This document shows, one piece after another, positions 10,507-19,913 of a stretch of DNA of 57,361 bases. A program made the translations under genes and the position numbers. Each line of letters begins with the position of its first letter. Within the stretch, counting starts at the first letter, position 1. This stretch comes from Deltaproteobacteria bacterium (lineage in GTDB: Bacteria; Myxococcota_A; UBA9160; UBA6930): contig JANNRF010000125.1 in the NCBI GenBank assembly GCA_031401135.1, forward strand, positions 1 to 57,361, read 5' to 3'. Under the pieces are notes generated by a model, which saw only the letters and a list, made by a program, of their open reading frames with translations, was not told the DNA's origin and ran no database searches.

Positions 10507-10589
10507 GGGACGTTCCTCGACGAGTGAGACATGGGCGCTCGCATGCGGTCGCTTCCGGACAACGCGGCGCTTTCGTCGTGCAACGTCCC
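10507..10589 (+). promoter_or_regulatory. Imperfect long-range inverted repeat in the 194-nt region upstream of ilvC (possible leader structure or tsaB terminator)
   Basis: GGGACGTTCCTCGACGA (10507-10523) pairs with TCGTCGTGCAACGTCCC (10573-10589) at 15 of 17 positions. No T-tract follows. Confidence 0.3.
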
Positions 10590-10676
10590 CATTCCTTTAC
10601 ACCCCTAGCGCGTTTCCGTAGCCTGCTCTCTTTCCCAAGCAAAACCGCGCGCTTGCGGCGGGAGGCGGAGACTTCA

Positions 10677-11699
10677 ATGGCACTCAGCATCTACTACGAC
10701 AAGGATGCCGATCTCGCGCGGCTCGAGGGCAAGATGGTCGCGGTCGTCGGCTACGGCTCGCAGGGCCACGCGCACGCGCAGAATCTCCATCACTCCGGCG
10801 TCAACGTGATCGTTGCGCTGCAGAAGGATTCGAAGTCGTGGCAGAAGGCGGAGGGAGCGGGGCTGCGCGTCGTAACGCCGAGCGAAGCCGCGCGCATTGC
10901 CGACATCGTGATGCTCACGGTGCCCGACGAAACCGCCGCGGATCTGTACAAGAGCGAGATCGCGCCGGGCATGCGGCCGGGCAAGTACCTCGCCGTCGCC
11001 CACGGCTTCAACATTCACTTCCAGGCGATCCAGCCCGACCCGAGCATCAACGTGTTCATGGTCGCGCCGAAGGGACCCGGCCACACGGTGCGTTCGAACT
11101 ACGAGCAGGGGCGCGGCGTGCCTTCGCTGATCGCGGTGCATCAGGATCCGAGCGGCGACACCAAGGCGATCGCGCTGGCGTACGCGAAGGGCATCGGCGC
11201 AGGGCGCGCGGGGATCATCGAAACCAACTTTCGCGAAGAGACCGAGACCGATCTGTTCGGCGAACAGACCGTGCTGTGCGGCGGGCTGGTGGCCCTAATG
11301 ACCGCGGGCTACGAGACGCTGATCGAGGCCGGTTACGCGCCGGAGATGGCGTACTTCGAGACGATCCACGAGGTGAAGCTGATCGTCGACCTGATCTACG
11401 AAGGCGGCGTCGCGAACATGCGCTACTCGGTCTCGAACACCGCCGAGTACGGCGATTTCACGCGCGGGCCGCGCATCGTCGACGAAGCGACCAAGGCGCG
11501 CATGAAAGAGATCCTCGGCGAGATCCAGCGCGGCGAGTTCGCGCGCGAGTTCATCCTCGAAAACAAGTCCGGCAAGGTCGCCTTCAACGCGATGCGCCGC
11601 CGCGCGGCGGAGCACCCGATGGAAGAGGTGGGCGCGCGTCTGCGCAGCCTGATGCCGTGGCTGAAGGAAAACCAGCTTGTCGATCGCAGCAAGAACTGA
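10677..11699 (+). CDS. ilvC: Ketol-acid reductoisomerase (class I)
   Basis: ATG at 10677 after SD GGGAGG. N-terminus [37 protein letters not shown]. The 200-codon upstream part of the ORF (from 10077) is Arg/Pro-rich and overlaps tsaB. Confidence 0.93.
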   Translation: MALSIYYDKDADLARLEGKMVAVVGYGSQGHAHAQNLHHSGVNVIVALQKDSKSWQKAEGAGLRVVTPSEAARIADIVMLTVPDETAADLYKSEIAPGMRPGKYLAVAHGFNIHFQAIQPDPSINVFMVAPKGPGHTVRSNYEQGRGVPSLIAVHQDPSGDTKAIALAYAKGIGAGRAGIIETNFREETETDLFGEQTVLCGGLVALMTAGYETLIEAGYAPEMAYFETIHEVKLIVDLIYEGGVANMRYSVSNTAEYGDFTRGPRIVDEATKARMKEILGEIQRGEFAREFILENKSGKVAFNAMRRRAAEHPMEEVGARLRSLMPWLKENQLVDRSKN

Positions 11700-11741
11700 G
11701 CGATCGCAGCGCGGCCCCGCTGCGCGCAGTTAGGGAAGCCG

Positions 11742-12419
11742 ATGGCGGACGCGCAGAATCCGGAGTTTCAGGAGCGCCTCACGGGCATCGTCGCGCCCGA
11801 GGCGTTCTTCTTCGGCGCGCCGCTGGCGCTCGCGGGCGGCTTCGCGTGGGGCGCGGGCGCCGTCGCCTTCGCGCTGCCGCTCTGGGCGCTCGCGCTCTTC
11901 GTCGTCTCGTTCTTCCGTAATCCCTCGCGCGAGATCCCGCCCGGTGACGGCGTGGTCGTCTCGCCCGCCGACGGCCGCGTGATCGACGTCGCCGAGATCG
12001 AGACGGCGCCGGGCGAGAAGGCGCTGCGCATCGCGATCTTCCTGAGCGTCTTCAACGTGCACGTGAACCGCGCGCCGCTCGCGGGCAAAGTGATCGCGAT
12101 CGAGCGCACGGGCGCGAAGTTCCTGGCCGCGTTCAACCCCGCTGCCGAGACGCTGAACGTGCGGCTCGATCTGACGCTCGAGACCGCTGGCGGTACGCGC
12201 ATCCGCGTCGCGCAGATCACGGGCCTAATTGCTCGCCGCATCGTTTGCCACGCGCAGCTCGGCGAGCAGCTCGCGAAGGGCACGCGCTACGGAATGATCC
12301 GCTTCGGCTCGCGCACCGATGTGGTGCTGCCGCTCGGCAGCAAGCCGCGCGTCGCAAAAGGCGAGCGCGTGCGCGGTGGCAGCAGCGTGCTCGCGGAGTT
12401 GCCCGAGGGAACGCGATGA
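11742..12419 (+). CDS. psd: Phosphatidylserine decarboxylase proenzyme (short, Psd/Asd-type)
   Basis: 225 aa. FLSVFNVHVNRAP and the self-cleavage-region-like GMIRFGSRTDVVLP. Followed by pssA with an ATGA overlap. Confidence 0.85.
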   Translation: MADAQNPEFQERLTGIVAPEAFFFGAPLALAGGFAWGAGAVAFALPLWALALFVVSFFRNPSREIPPGDGVVVSPADGRVIDVAEIETAPGEKALRIAIFLSVFNVHVNRAPLAGKVIAIERTGAKFLAAFNPAAETLNVRLDLTLETAGGTRIRVAQITGLIARRIVCHAQLGEQLAKGTRYGMIRFGSRTDVVLPLGSKPRVAKGERVRGGSSVLAELPEGTR

Positions 12420-13291
12420 GCGAAGCGCAGCCGCCGCAAGCAGCACCGGAGCCCCGGCCGCGCTTCGGCGGCTGGCGCACGCGACGCAGGCGGCGGCGAC
12501 GCTCGCGCGCGGAACGCCAGCGCGGCTTCGTCACGATCCTGCCGAGTCTTCTAACAACCGGAAACCTCGCCGCTGGCTTCTGGTCGATCACGCTCTCGAT
12601 GCACGGCGAACTCGAGCGCGCGGCGCTCGCGATCATGATCGGCGGCATCTTCGACGCCGCCGACGGCCGCGTCGCGCGGCTCGCCAACGCCACCAGCCGC
12701 TTCGGCGCGCAGTACGACTCGATCTCCGACACGGTCTCGTTCGGCGTCGCGCCCGCAATCCTCGCCTACGCCGCCGCCTCGCTCCCGCAACTCGGCTGGG
12801 CGGGCTGGGTGATCGCGTGCCTGTACACGACCTGCGCGGGCATGCGCCTCGCGCGCTTCAACGTCTCGGCGGGCCGCTTCCCCGATCGCTTCGACGGCCT
12901 GCCGTCGCCGCCTGCCGCCGGCATGATGCTCTCCTCGGTCTGGTTCGGAATCTGGCTGCGCGAGCGCGGGTTTCCCATCGACATGCCGCCGTGGCTCGCG
13001 GGCATCGGCGTAATGATCGTCGCGCTGCTGATGGTGAGCCCAATTCCGTATCACAGCTTCAAGCACGTCAAGATCGTGCACCCGTATCGCGTGCTCGTGC
13101 TGTTCGTGATCGCGATCTTGGTTCTGTTGATCGAGCCGAAGGTGACATTCTTCTGTGTCGGCCTCGTCTACGTCGCGTCGGGCCCGGTCGAGTGGGTGTG
13201 GCGGCGTTACACGGGCCGCGCTCTCGTACCGCCCACCACGGATTCCTCGCAGCCCGCGCCGGCCCCGACCGGCCAAGGAGGCGCACTATGA
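12416..13291 (+). CDS. pssA: CDP-diacylglycerol--serine O-phosphatidyltransferase
   Basis: ATG at 12416 overlaps the psd stop. CDP-alcohol phosphatidyltransferase motif region GGIFDAADGRVARL...DSISDTVSFGVAP. Multiple TM helices. Confidence 0.85.
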   Translation: MSEAQPPQAAPEPRPRFGGWRTRRRRRRRSRAERQRGFVTILPSLLTTGNLAAGFWSITLSMHGELERAALAIMIGGIFDAADGRVARLANATSRFGAQYDSISDTVSFGVAPAILAYAAASLPQLGWAGWVIACLYTTCAGMRLARFNVSAGRFPDRFDGLPSPPAAGMMLSSVWFGIWLRERGFPIDMPPWLAGIGVMIVALLMVSPIPYHSFKHVKIVHPYRVLVLFVIAILVLLIEPKVTFFCVGLVYVASGPVEWVWRRYTGRALVPPTTDSSQPAPAPTGQGGAL

Positions 13292-14841
13292 GCGATGACA
13301 AGCGCATCAAGATTTTCGACACCACGCTGCGCGATGGCGAGCAGTCGCCGGGCTGCAGCATGAACCTGCCTGAGAAGCTCGCGATGGCGCGTCAGCTCGC
13401 GAGGTTGAACGTCGACGTGATCGAAGCCGGCTTCGCGATCGCCAGCGAAGGCGACTTCGAGGCGATCAAAGCGGTAGCTGCCGAGATCGGCAACGACATC
13501 ACGATCGCGAGCCTCGCGCGCACCAGCGACCTCGACATCGAGCGCGCAGCCGCGGCGCTCGAGAGCGCGAAGCGACGCCGCATCCACACCTTCATCGCGA
13601 CGAGCGATATCCACCTCCAGCACAAACTGAAGATGGGCCGCGAAGACGTGATGGCCGAGGTCGATCGCGCGGTGCGCAAGGCCCGCCAGTACACCGACGA
13701 CGTCGAGTTCTCGGCAGAAGACGCGACGCGCACCGATTGGGATTACCTGGTGCAGATCTTCAAGCTCGCGGTCGCGGCGGGAGCGACCACGCTGAACGTG
13801 CCCGACACGGTCGGCTACACGACGCCCGTCGAGTACCACGAGCTGATCATGTACCTGCGCGCGCACATCCCGAACAGCGACAGCGTCACCTTCTCGCTGC
13901 ACTGCCATAATGACTTGGGTCTGGCAGTCGCGAACTCGCTGGCCGCGATCCAGGCCGGCGCGCGGCAGGTGGAGTGCACCGTCAACGGCATTGGCGAGCG
14001 CGCGGGCAACACGGCGCTCGAAGAAGTCGTGATGGCGCTGAAGACGCGCCGCGACTATTTCGAAGGCCTCGACACGCGCATCAAGACCACCGAGATCTAC
14101 CCGACCAGCCGCTTGCTCTCCTCGATCATCGGCGTGCCCGTCCAGCCTAACAAGGCGATCGTCGGCGATAACGCCTTCGCCCACGAGGCGGGCATCCACC
14201 AGCACGGCGTACTCCAGGCCGCGATCACCTACGAGATCATGACGCCGCAGTCGATCGGGCGGCCGAGCAACGAGCTCGTGCTCGGCAAACACACGGGCCG
14301 CCACGCGCTGAAGGAACGGCTCAAGGAACTCGGCTACGAGCTCGAGGGCGAGGAACTCGCGCGCGCTTTCAAGCGCTTCAAGGATCTCGCCGACCGCAAG
14401 AAGGTGATCTACAACGAAGATCTCGAGTCGATCGTCGCCGATTCGGTTGTTACAGAGGAAGGCCGCTTCGTGCTCGGCGACCTGCACGTGCAGAGCGGCA
14501 CCTTCGCGACGCCGCAGGCCACCGTGCAGATCCTCGTCGCCGGCGAGGCGAAGAAGGCGACCGCGCAGGGCGACGGCCCGGTCGACGCGGTGTTCAAGGC
14601 GATCGTCGAGCTCACCGAGTCGAAGGGCGAACTGCTCCAGTACCAGGTGAAAGCCATTACGGGCGGCATGGACGCGCAGGGCGAAGTGACCGTGAGCCTC
14701 GGCGAAGGCGGCCGGCGCGTGATCGGTCACGGCGCGCACACCGACATCATCGTCGCGTCTGCGCGCGCCTACGTGCAGGCCGTCAACAAGCTCGAGTGGC
14801 ACACGAAACGGCGCGACGCGAACGCGCCGCGCGGGATCTAG
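13288..14841 (+). CDS. leuA: 2-isopropylmalate synthase
   Basis: ATG at 13288 overlaps the pssA stop (ATGA). MSDDKRIKIFDTTLRDGEQSPG, HCHNDLGLAVANSLAA and AHEAGIHQHG motifs, plus a C-terminal LeuA regulatory domain. Confidence 0.88.
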   Translation: MSDDKRIKIFDTTLRDGEQSPGCSMNLPEKLAMARQLARLNVDVIEAGFAIASEGDFEAIKAVAAEIGNDITIASLARTSDLDIERAAAALESAKRRRIHTFIATSDIHLQHKLKMGREDVMAEVDRAVRKARQYTDDVEFSAEDATRTDWDYLVQIFKLAVAAGATTLNVPDTVGYTTPVEYHELIMYLRAHIPNSDSVTFSLHCHNDLGLAVANSLAAIQAGARQVECTVNGIGERAGNTALEEVVMALKTRRDYFEGLDTRIKTTEIYPTSRLLSSIIGVPVQPNKAIVGDNAFAHEAGIHQHGVLQAAITYEIMTPQSIGRPSNELVLGKHTGRHALKERLKELGYELEGEELARAFKRFKDLADRKKVIYNEDLESIVADSVVTEEGRFVLGDLHVQSGTFATPQATVQILVAGEAKKATAQGDGPVDAVFKAIVELTESKGELLQYQVKAITGGMDAQGEVTVSLGEGGRRVIGHGAHTDIIVASARAYVQAVNKLEWHTKRRDANAPRGI

Positions 14842-14843
14842 CC

Positions 14844-14885
14844 GAGAAACGCAAAAAAAGGGCCAGACCCCTTCTTGCGTTTCTC
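14844..14885 (+). promoter_or_regulatory. Relatively AT-rich extended hairpin in the leuA-leuB spacer
   Basis: GAGAAACGCAA (14844-14854) pairs with TTGCGTTTCTC (14875-14885). An inner AAGGG/CCCTT stem encloses a 6-nt loop. It starts 3 nt after the leuA stop and ends 24 nt before the leuB start. Confidence 0.45.
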
Positions 14886-14909
14886 CTTCATGCAATCTGA
14901 GGAACGATT

Positions 14910-15989
14910 TTGTCCGAGCAGATTCTGGTTCTCCCTGGCGATGGCATTGGCCCCGAGGTCACGCGCGAAGCGCTGCGCGCGCTCGGCGCCGTCGCGAAGC
15001 GCTTTCACCTCTCGCTCTCGTTCGACGACGCGTTGATCGGCGGCTGCTCGATCGACGCGACGGGCTCGCCCCTAACAGACGCGGTCGTCGCGAAGGCGAA
15101 GCAGAGTCGCGCCGTCCTGCTCGGCGCGGTGGGTGGCCCGAAGTGGGACGCGATGCCGGTGGCGACGCGCCCCGAGCGTGGCCTGCTGCGCATCCGCAAA
15201 GAACTCGGCCTGTACGCGAACCTGCGCCCCGCGACGGTGTTCCCCGCGCTCGTAGGCGCTTCGACGCTGCGCCCCGAAATCGTGGCGGGCATCGACATCC
15301 TCGTCGTGCGCGAGCTCACGGGCGGCCTCTACTTCGGCGAGCCGCGCGGCCGCGCGCTCGTCTCGGGCAAACGCGAAGCCCGTAACACCATGGTCTACGA
15401 CGAGGTCGAGATCGCGCGCATCACGCGCGTCGCGTTCGACGCGGCGCGGCTGCGCAAGAAGCACGTCACGCACGTGCACAAGGCCAATGTGCTCGAGACC
15501 TCGCAGCTCTGGGTCGAGGTCGTGAACGAGATCGCCAAGGAGTACGACGACGTCGAACTCGCGCATCAGCTGGTCGATTCGTGCGCGATGCTGCTGGTGC
15601 GCGAGCCGCGCCGCTTCGACGTGCTCGTCACCGAGAACCTGTTCGGCGACATCCTCAGTGACGAGGCCGCGATGATTACGGGCTCGCTCGGCATGCTGCC
15701 CTCCGCGAGCCTCGGCGCTGGCGGCATCGGGCTGTACGAGCCAGTGCACGGTTCCGCGCCCGACATCGCGGGCCAGGACGTTGCGAATCCGCTCGCCGCG
15801 ATCCTCAGCGCCGCGATGTTGCTCGAACACAGCCTCGGCCACGCGCAGGCTGCACAGGCGATTCGCGACGCCGTCACCGCGGTGCTGAACGACGGCCACC
15901 GCACCGCAGACTTGTGCTTGCCCGGCGAAGAACGCCCGGCGCTCGGCTGCCGCGCCATGGGCGACCGCGTGCTCGCGAAGCTCTCGTGA
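14910..15989 (+). CDS. leuB: 3-isopropylmalate dehydrogenase
   Basis: TTG start after [54 protein letters not shown] and [14 protein letters not shown] motifs. Confidence 0.92.
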   Translation: MSEQILVLPGDGIGPEVTREALRALGAVAKRFHLSLSFDDALIGGCSIDATGSPLTDAVVAKAKQSRAVLLGAVGGPKWDAMPVATRPERGLLRIRKELGLYANLRPATVFPALVGASTLRPEIVAGIDILVVRELTGGLYFGEPRGRALVSGKREARNTMVYDEVEIARITRVAFDAARLRKKHVTHVHKANVLETSQLWVEVVNEIAKEYDDVELAHQLVDSCAMLLVREPRRFDVLVTENLFGDILSDEAAMITGSLGMLPSASLGAGGIGLYEPVHGSAPDIAGQDVANPLAAILSAAMLLEHSLGHAQAAQAIRDAVTAVLNDGHRTADLCLPGEERPALGCRAMGDRVLAKLS

Positions 15990-16975
15990 GCGAGAAGCTA
16001 TTACGGGTCGCGGTCGTGGGCGCGACGGGCACGCTCGGGCGCGAGTTGATCGATCAGCTGACGGAGCGCCGCTTCCCGATCCAAGAGCTGGTGCCGATCG
16101 CGTCGGATCACTCGCTCGGCGAAGCGATCGAATGGCTCGGACACGATTTGCCCGTGCACAGCGAGCACACCCTCAGCGGGCTCGATCTCGTGTTCCTCTG
16201 CACACCGCAGGCCGCGGCGCTGCCGTGGCTGCGGGCTGCGCTGGTCGCGCGCGTTGCCTGCATCGACCTAACAGGCGCGAGCGCGGTGCAGGAGGAGATT
16301 CCGCTGCTCGACCCGGATCGCGCGCCGAGCGCCGCGGCGCTCGCGTCGCCGGTGCTCGCGGTGCCCGCGCCCGCCGCGCTCGCGCTCGCGCGCGTCGTCA
16401 CGGCGCTGCGGGGTTCTTCCGCCGTGCAGCGCGTAATCGCAACGGTCTGCGAGTCGGCGTCCTCCGCCGGGCGGGCGGGTATCGACGCGCTTCAGGCCGA
16501 GACGGTGGCGCTGTTCGCCCAACAAGATGCGCCGGAAGAGAGCCCGTTCACGCATGGCGTCGCGTTCGATTGCCTCGCAGCAACGGGGCCGATCGGCGTC
16601 GGCGACCAGAGCGCGAGCGAGGCCGCAACGCTGCGCGATTTCGCGCGCCTCGCGCCGGGCGTGCGCGCGGCGGTCAGCGCGCTGCGCGTGCCCACCTTCG
16701 CGGGCCTCGGCGCGCAGGTTGCGCTCGAACTCGAGACGCTGCTCCCGATCGACGCGATCGAGAAGCTGCTCGAAGAGGCGCCCGGCACCCGCATGTTCGG
16801 CGCGCCCGCGGGCCCCTCGATGCGCGACGCCGCGGGCGAGTACGACGTGCTCGTGGGGCGGCTGCGCCCTGACCCGACGCGCGTGAACGGCGTGCTGCTC
16901 TGGCTCGCGCTCGATCCCGTGCGCATCGCGGCGCAAGCGGCGGTGCGGCTCGCGGAGCTGCGCAGCGCGCGCTGA
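15986..16975 (+). CDS. Aspartate-semialdehyde dehydrogenase-like protein (appears to lack the catalytic Cys and His)
   Basis: GTG at 15986 overlaps the leuB stop. N-terminal Rossmann segment [17 protein letters not shown] and overall Asd-like layout (LRVPTFAG..., VGRLRPD...[10 protein letters not shown]). The canonical NPNCST is replaced by VPAPAA and the GH by GL. Confidence 0.7.
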   Translation: MSEKLLRVAVVGATGTLGRELIDQLTERRFPIQELVPIASDHSLGEAIEWLGHDLPVHSEHTLSGLDLVFLCTPQAAALPWLRAALVARVACIDLTGASAVQEEIPLLDPDRAPSAAALASPVLAVPAPAALALARVVTALRGSSAVQRVIATVCESASSAGRAGIDALQAETVALFAQQDAPEESPFTHGVAFDCLAATGPIGVGDQSASEAATLRDFARLAPGVRAAVSALRVPTFAGLGAQVALELETLLPIDAIEKLLEEAPGTRMFGAPAGPSMRDAAGEYDVLVGRLRPDPTRVNGVLLWLALDPVRIAAQAAVRLAELRSAR

Positions 16976-16990
16976 CTCGACGTTCTCCCG

Positions 16991-17767
16991 ATGCCCACCT
17001 TCAAGCTTACGCTCGAATACGACGGCGCTGCGTTCGCCGGCTGGCAGACGCAGCGCGAGGGCCTGCGCACCGCGCAGGGGGAGCTGCTGCGCGCACTCAT
17101 GGAGATCGCCTCGGGACCCGTGCGCCTGATGGGTGCCGGGCGCACGGATCGCGGCGTTCATGCCGAGGGGCAGGTGGCGTCCGCCGTTCTCGATACGCGA
17201 CTCGACGCCGAGACGCTGCGCCGCGCCCTCAACGCGAAGTTGCCGCCCGATCTCGCCGTGATCTCGGCAGAGCTCCGCCACGAGAGTTTTGACGCGCGCC
17301 GGGACGCCCTCGGCAAGCGCTACCGCTACCAGCTCTGGAACGGCGAGCTGCCCTCTCCGCTGCGCGCGCCGCGCTTCCACCACGTGCGCGAGCCGCTCGA
17401 TGTCGCCGCGCTGCAAGCCGGCGCCGCGCTGCTCGTAGGCAGCCACGATTTCGCGAGCTTCCGAGGCGCAGGCTCCGCTGTGAAGACCAACCTGCGAACG
17501 CTCGAGCGCATCGACGTCCTCGGCGCGGCGGGCGCTGAGATCCGCATCGCGTTCGAGGGCGACGGCTTCCTGCGGCACATGGTGCGAAACCTCGTCGGCA
17601 CGCTGCTCGAGATCGGGCTCGGGCGTCGCCCGGCTGCCTGGGCCTCGGAGGTGCTCACGGCCCGCGACCGAGCGGCTGCGGGGCCGACCGCCCCGGCCTG
17701 TGGCCTCACGCTCGAGTTCGTTCGCTACGCCGACGCCGCGGAAAGTGCAGCCAGACCCACGCCTTGA
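16991..17767 (+). CDS. truA: tRNA pseudouridine(38-40) synthase
   Basis: 258 aa. [18 protein letters not shown] and [15 protein letters not shown] (catalytic Asp) motifs. Confidence 0.9.
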   Translation: MPTFKLTLEYDGAAFAGWQTQREGLRTAQGELLRALMEIASGPVRLMGAGRTDRGVHAEGQVASAVLDTRLDAETLRRALNAKLPPDLAVISAELRHESFDARRDALGKRYRYQLWNGELPSPLRAPRFHHVREPLDVAALQAGAALLVGSHDFASFRGAGSAVKTNLRTLERIDVLGAAGAEIRIAFEGDGFLRHMVRNLVGTLLEIGLGRRPAAWASEVLTARDRAAAGPTAPACGLTLEFVRYADAAESAARPTP

Positions 17768-17781
17768 GCCCGGTTTTTTCG

Positions 17782-17810
17782 TTGACGCTCCGAAGGGCCT
17801 TGGCTATCCA
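17782..17810 (+). promoter_or_regulatory. Possible sigma70-type promoter upstream of rplM-rpsI
   Basis: TTGACG (17782-17787), 17 nt spacer, then TATCCA (17805-17810), about 98 nt upstream of the rplM ATG. Only a partial -10 match. Confidence 0.25.
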
Positions 17811-17907
17811 ACGCCGCTCGCGCGGGCTGGCCTCGTGGCTTGTCCGCGCCCTTCGTTTTCAGGGTCTTCGTGTACTGCGCGGACGCCCGAGCCGGGAGAT
17901 CGAATCC

Positions 17908-18360
17908 ATGGGTGCCCAAGCGCATCGCGCCACGAAGAGTGCGCGTGCCGAAGATGTCGTTCGACGTTGGTTGCTGGTCGATGCCGAAGGCCAAGTGCTC
18001 GGTCGGCTTGCGACTCGCATCGCCTCGATCCTGCGCGGCAAGCACAAGGCGATCTTCACGCCGCACGTCGATACCGGCGATTTCGTGATCGTGATCAACG
18101 CCGAGAAGGTGAAGCTCACGGGCAAGAAGCTCGCGGATAAGAAGTACATCCGGCACACCGGCTGGCGCGGCGGCATCAAGAGCGCGACCGCGGGCGAGAT
18201 CCTGTCGGGCCCGCACGCCGATCGTGTCATGCAGCAGGCGGTGCGCGGCATGCTCCCGAAGAACCATCTCGGTGAGAAGATGCTCGACAAGCTCAAAGTC
18301 TACGCAGGCCCGAAGCATCCCCACGATGCGCAGCGGCCGGAGGTGCTCTCGCTTGGCTGA
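17908..18360 (+). CDS. rplM: 50S ribosomal protein L13
   Basis: ATG at 17908 after [53 protein letters not shown] matches the L13 signature. Confidence 0.92.
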   Translation: MGAQAHRATKSARAEDVVRRWLLVDAEGQVLGRLATRIASILRGKHKAIFTPHVDTGDFVIVINAEKVKLTGKKLADKKYIRHTGWRGGIKSATAGEILSGPHADRVMQQAVRGMLPKNHLGEKMLDKLKVYAGPKHPHDAQRPEVLSLG

Positions 18361-18766
18361 TCCGCGACTCCCCGAGATTCACACGAAGGCGCGCACCACG
18401 GGCCGCCGCAAGACTTCGATCGCGCGCGTGCGCCTTCAGCTCGGCACTGGGCAGTTCACGATCAACGGCCGCACGCTCGAGGATTACTTCCCGCGCGAGA
18501 CGCTGCGCACCTTGATCAACCAACCGTTCGATGCGGTCGGCGCGATCGGCCGCTACGACGTGATCGCGAACATGGTCGGCGGCGGCGTCGCCGGGCAGGC
18601 CGGCGCGCTCCGCCACGGCATCGCGCGCGCACTGCTGGTGCTCGATCCTGCGCAGCGTCCGCCGCTGAAGCGCGCAGGCCTCCTGACCCGCGATTCGCGC
18701 GAGGTCGAGCGCAAGAAGTACGGCCAACGCGGCGCGCGTGCGAGGTTCCAGTTCTCGAAGCGCTAA
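18353..18766 (+). CDS. rpsI: 30S ribosomal protein S9
   Basis: TTG at 18353 lies 9 nt after SD GGAGG and overlaps the rplM end by 8 nt. [10 protein letters not shown] and C-terminal [26 protein letters not shown]. The alternative ATG at 18326 lacks an SD. Confidence 0.88.
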   Translation: MADPRLPEIHTKARTTGRRKTSIARVRLQLGTGQFTINGRTLEDYFPRETLRTLINQPFDAVGAIGRYDVIANMVGGGVAGQAGALRHGIARALLVLDPAQRPPLKRAGLLTRDSREVERKKYGQRGARARFQFSKR

Positions 18767-18792
18767 ACGAAGCGAGCGCTCGAAGTTTGATG

Positions 18793-18825
18793 AAACGCGA
18801 GGCTTCGGCCTCGCGTTTCCGTTTT
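18793..18825 (+). terminator. Rho-independent terminator after rplM-rpsI
   Basis: AAACGCGAGGC-TTCG-GCCTCGCGTTT perfect 11-bp stem with a tetraloop, followed by CCGTTTT. Confidence 0.8.
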
Positions 18826-18850
18826 GGGATGACGTGGTGAAGGGGATGCG

Positions 18851-19885
18851 ATGAAGGCGGCGATTCTCGGGGCGAGCGGGTACTCGGGGCTGGAGCTGAT
18901 GCGCATTGCGCTGCGCCACCCGAAGCTCGAGCTGGCGGCGGTGACTTCCGAGCAACGCGCCGGGCAGCTGGTGGGCGACGCATTCCCGGCGCTGCGCGGT
19001 CTCACCGATCTCCGCTTCGAGGCGATGGACGCAGCGAAGATCGCGGGCCGCGTCGAAGTTGCGTTCTCGTGCTTGCACCACGGCACTGCGGCGTCAGCGG
19101 TCACGACGCTGCGAAAGGCTGGCGTGCGCGTGGTCGACCTCTCCGCGGACTTTCGGCTGCACGATCTCGCGACGTACGAGAAGTGGTACGGCGTGCACAA
19201 GCAGCCCGAGTTGTTCGGGAAAGCGGTGTTCGGGTTGCCCGAGCTACACCGCGAAGAACTGCGCGACGCCGAGTTCATCGCCGCGATCGGCTGCTTCACG
19301 ACCTCGGCGCTGCTGCCGCTGCTGCCGTTCCTGCGCGCGGGCCTGGTCGAGCCGTCGCCGGTGATCGTCGATGCGAAGTCCGGCGTGTCGGGTGCGGGAC
19401 GAACGCTCGACGACCAGTACTTGTTCGCCGAGCTCGACGGCAACGTGAAGGCCTACAAAGTGGCCAACCACCGCCACGTCGCCGAGATGGAGCAGGAGGC
19501 GAGCCGCGTCGCCGGCAGCACGATCGGCATTACCTTCGTGCCGCAGCTGCTGCCGGTGATTCGCGGCATCGCCACCTCGGTGTACCTGCGCCCGAAGGCG
19601 AAGCTCAGCGCCGCCGACGCGCGCGCCGTCCTCGCCGAGGCCTACCGCGACGATTTCTTCGTGCGCGTGCTCCCGCTCGGCGAAGCGCCCTCGCTCGCGA
19701 ACGTGCGCGGCAGCAACTTTTGCGACGTCTCCGCGTTCGCCGACGAGCGCAACGGCACGCTGATCGTGCTGGCAGCGCTCGACAACCTCGTGAAGGGCGC
19801 GTCGGGGCAGATGGTGCAGTGCCTGAACATCGCGATGGGCTTTGACGAACGCGAAGGGCTGCTCGCAGCGCCGCTGGCCCCGTAG
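18851..19885 (+). CDS. argC: N-acetyl-gamma-glutamyl-phosphate reductase
   Basis: MKAAILGASGYSGLELMRI, the active-site region IAAIGCFTTSALLPL and VDAKSGVSGAGR. Confidence 0.92.
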   Translation: MKAAILGASGYSGLELMRIALRHPKLELAAVTSEQRAGQLVGDAFPALRGLTDLRFEAMDAAKIAGRVEVAFSCLHHGTAASAVTTLRKAGVRVVDLSADFRLHDLATYEKWYGVHKQPELFGKAVFGLPELHREELRDAEFIAAIGCFTTSALLPLLPFLRAGLVEPSPVIVDAKSGVSGAGRTLDDQYLFAELDGNVKAYKVANHRHVAEMEQEASRVAGSTIGITFVPQLLPVIRGIATSVYLRPKAKLSAADARAVLAEAYRDDFFVRVLPLGEAPSLANVRGSNFCDVSAFADERNGTLIVLAALDNLVKGASGQMVQCLNIAMGFDEREGLLAAPLAP

Positions 19886-19913
19886 TACGCAATGGGATCG
19901 CGGGCGTAGCCAA

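Noticed and set aside
10077-10676. Long N-terminal extensions of the ilvC ORF. The same applies to leuA from 12319, dxr from 6823, YCII from 22689, pssA from 12245 and rplM from 17764.
   Set aside because: The extensions overlap the upstream real gene in another frame and are Arg/Pro-rich. In each case a canonical N-terminus with an SD or a 4-nt stop/start overlap exists downstream.
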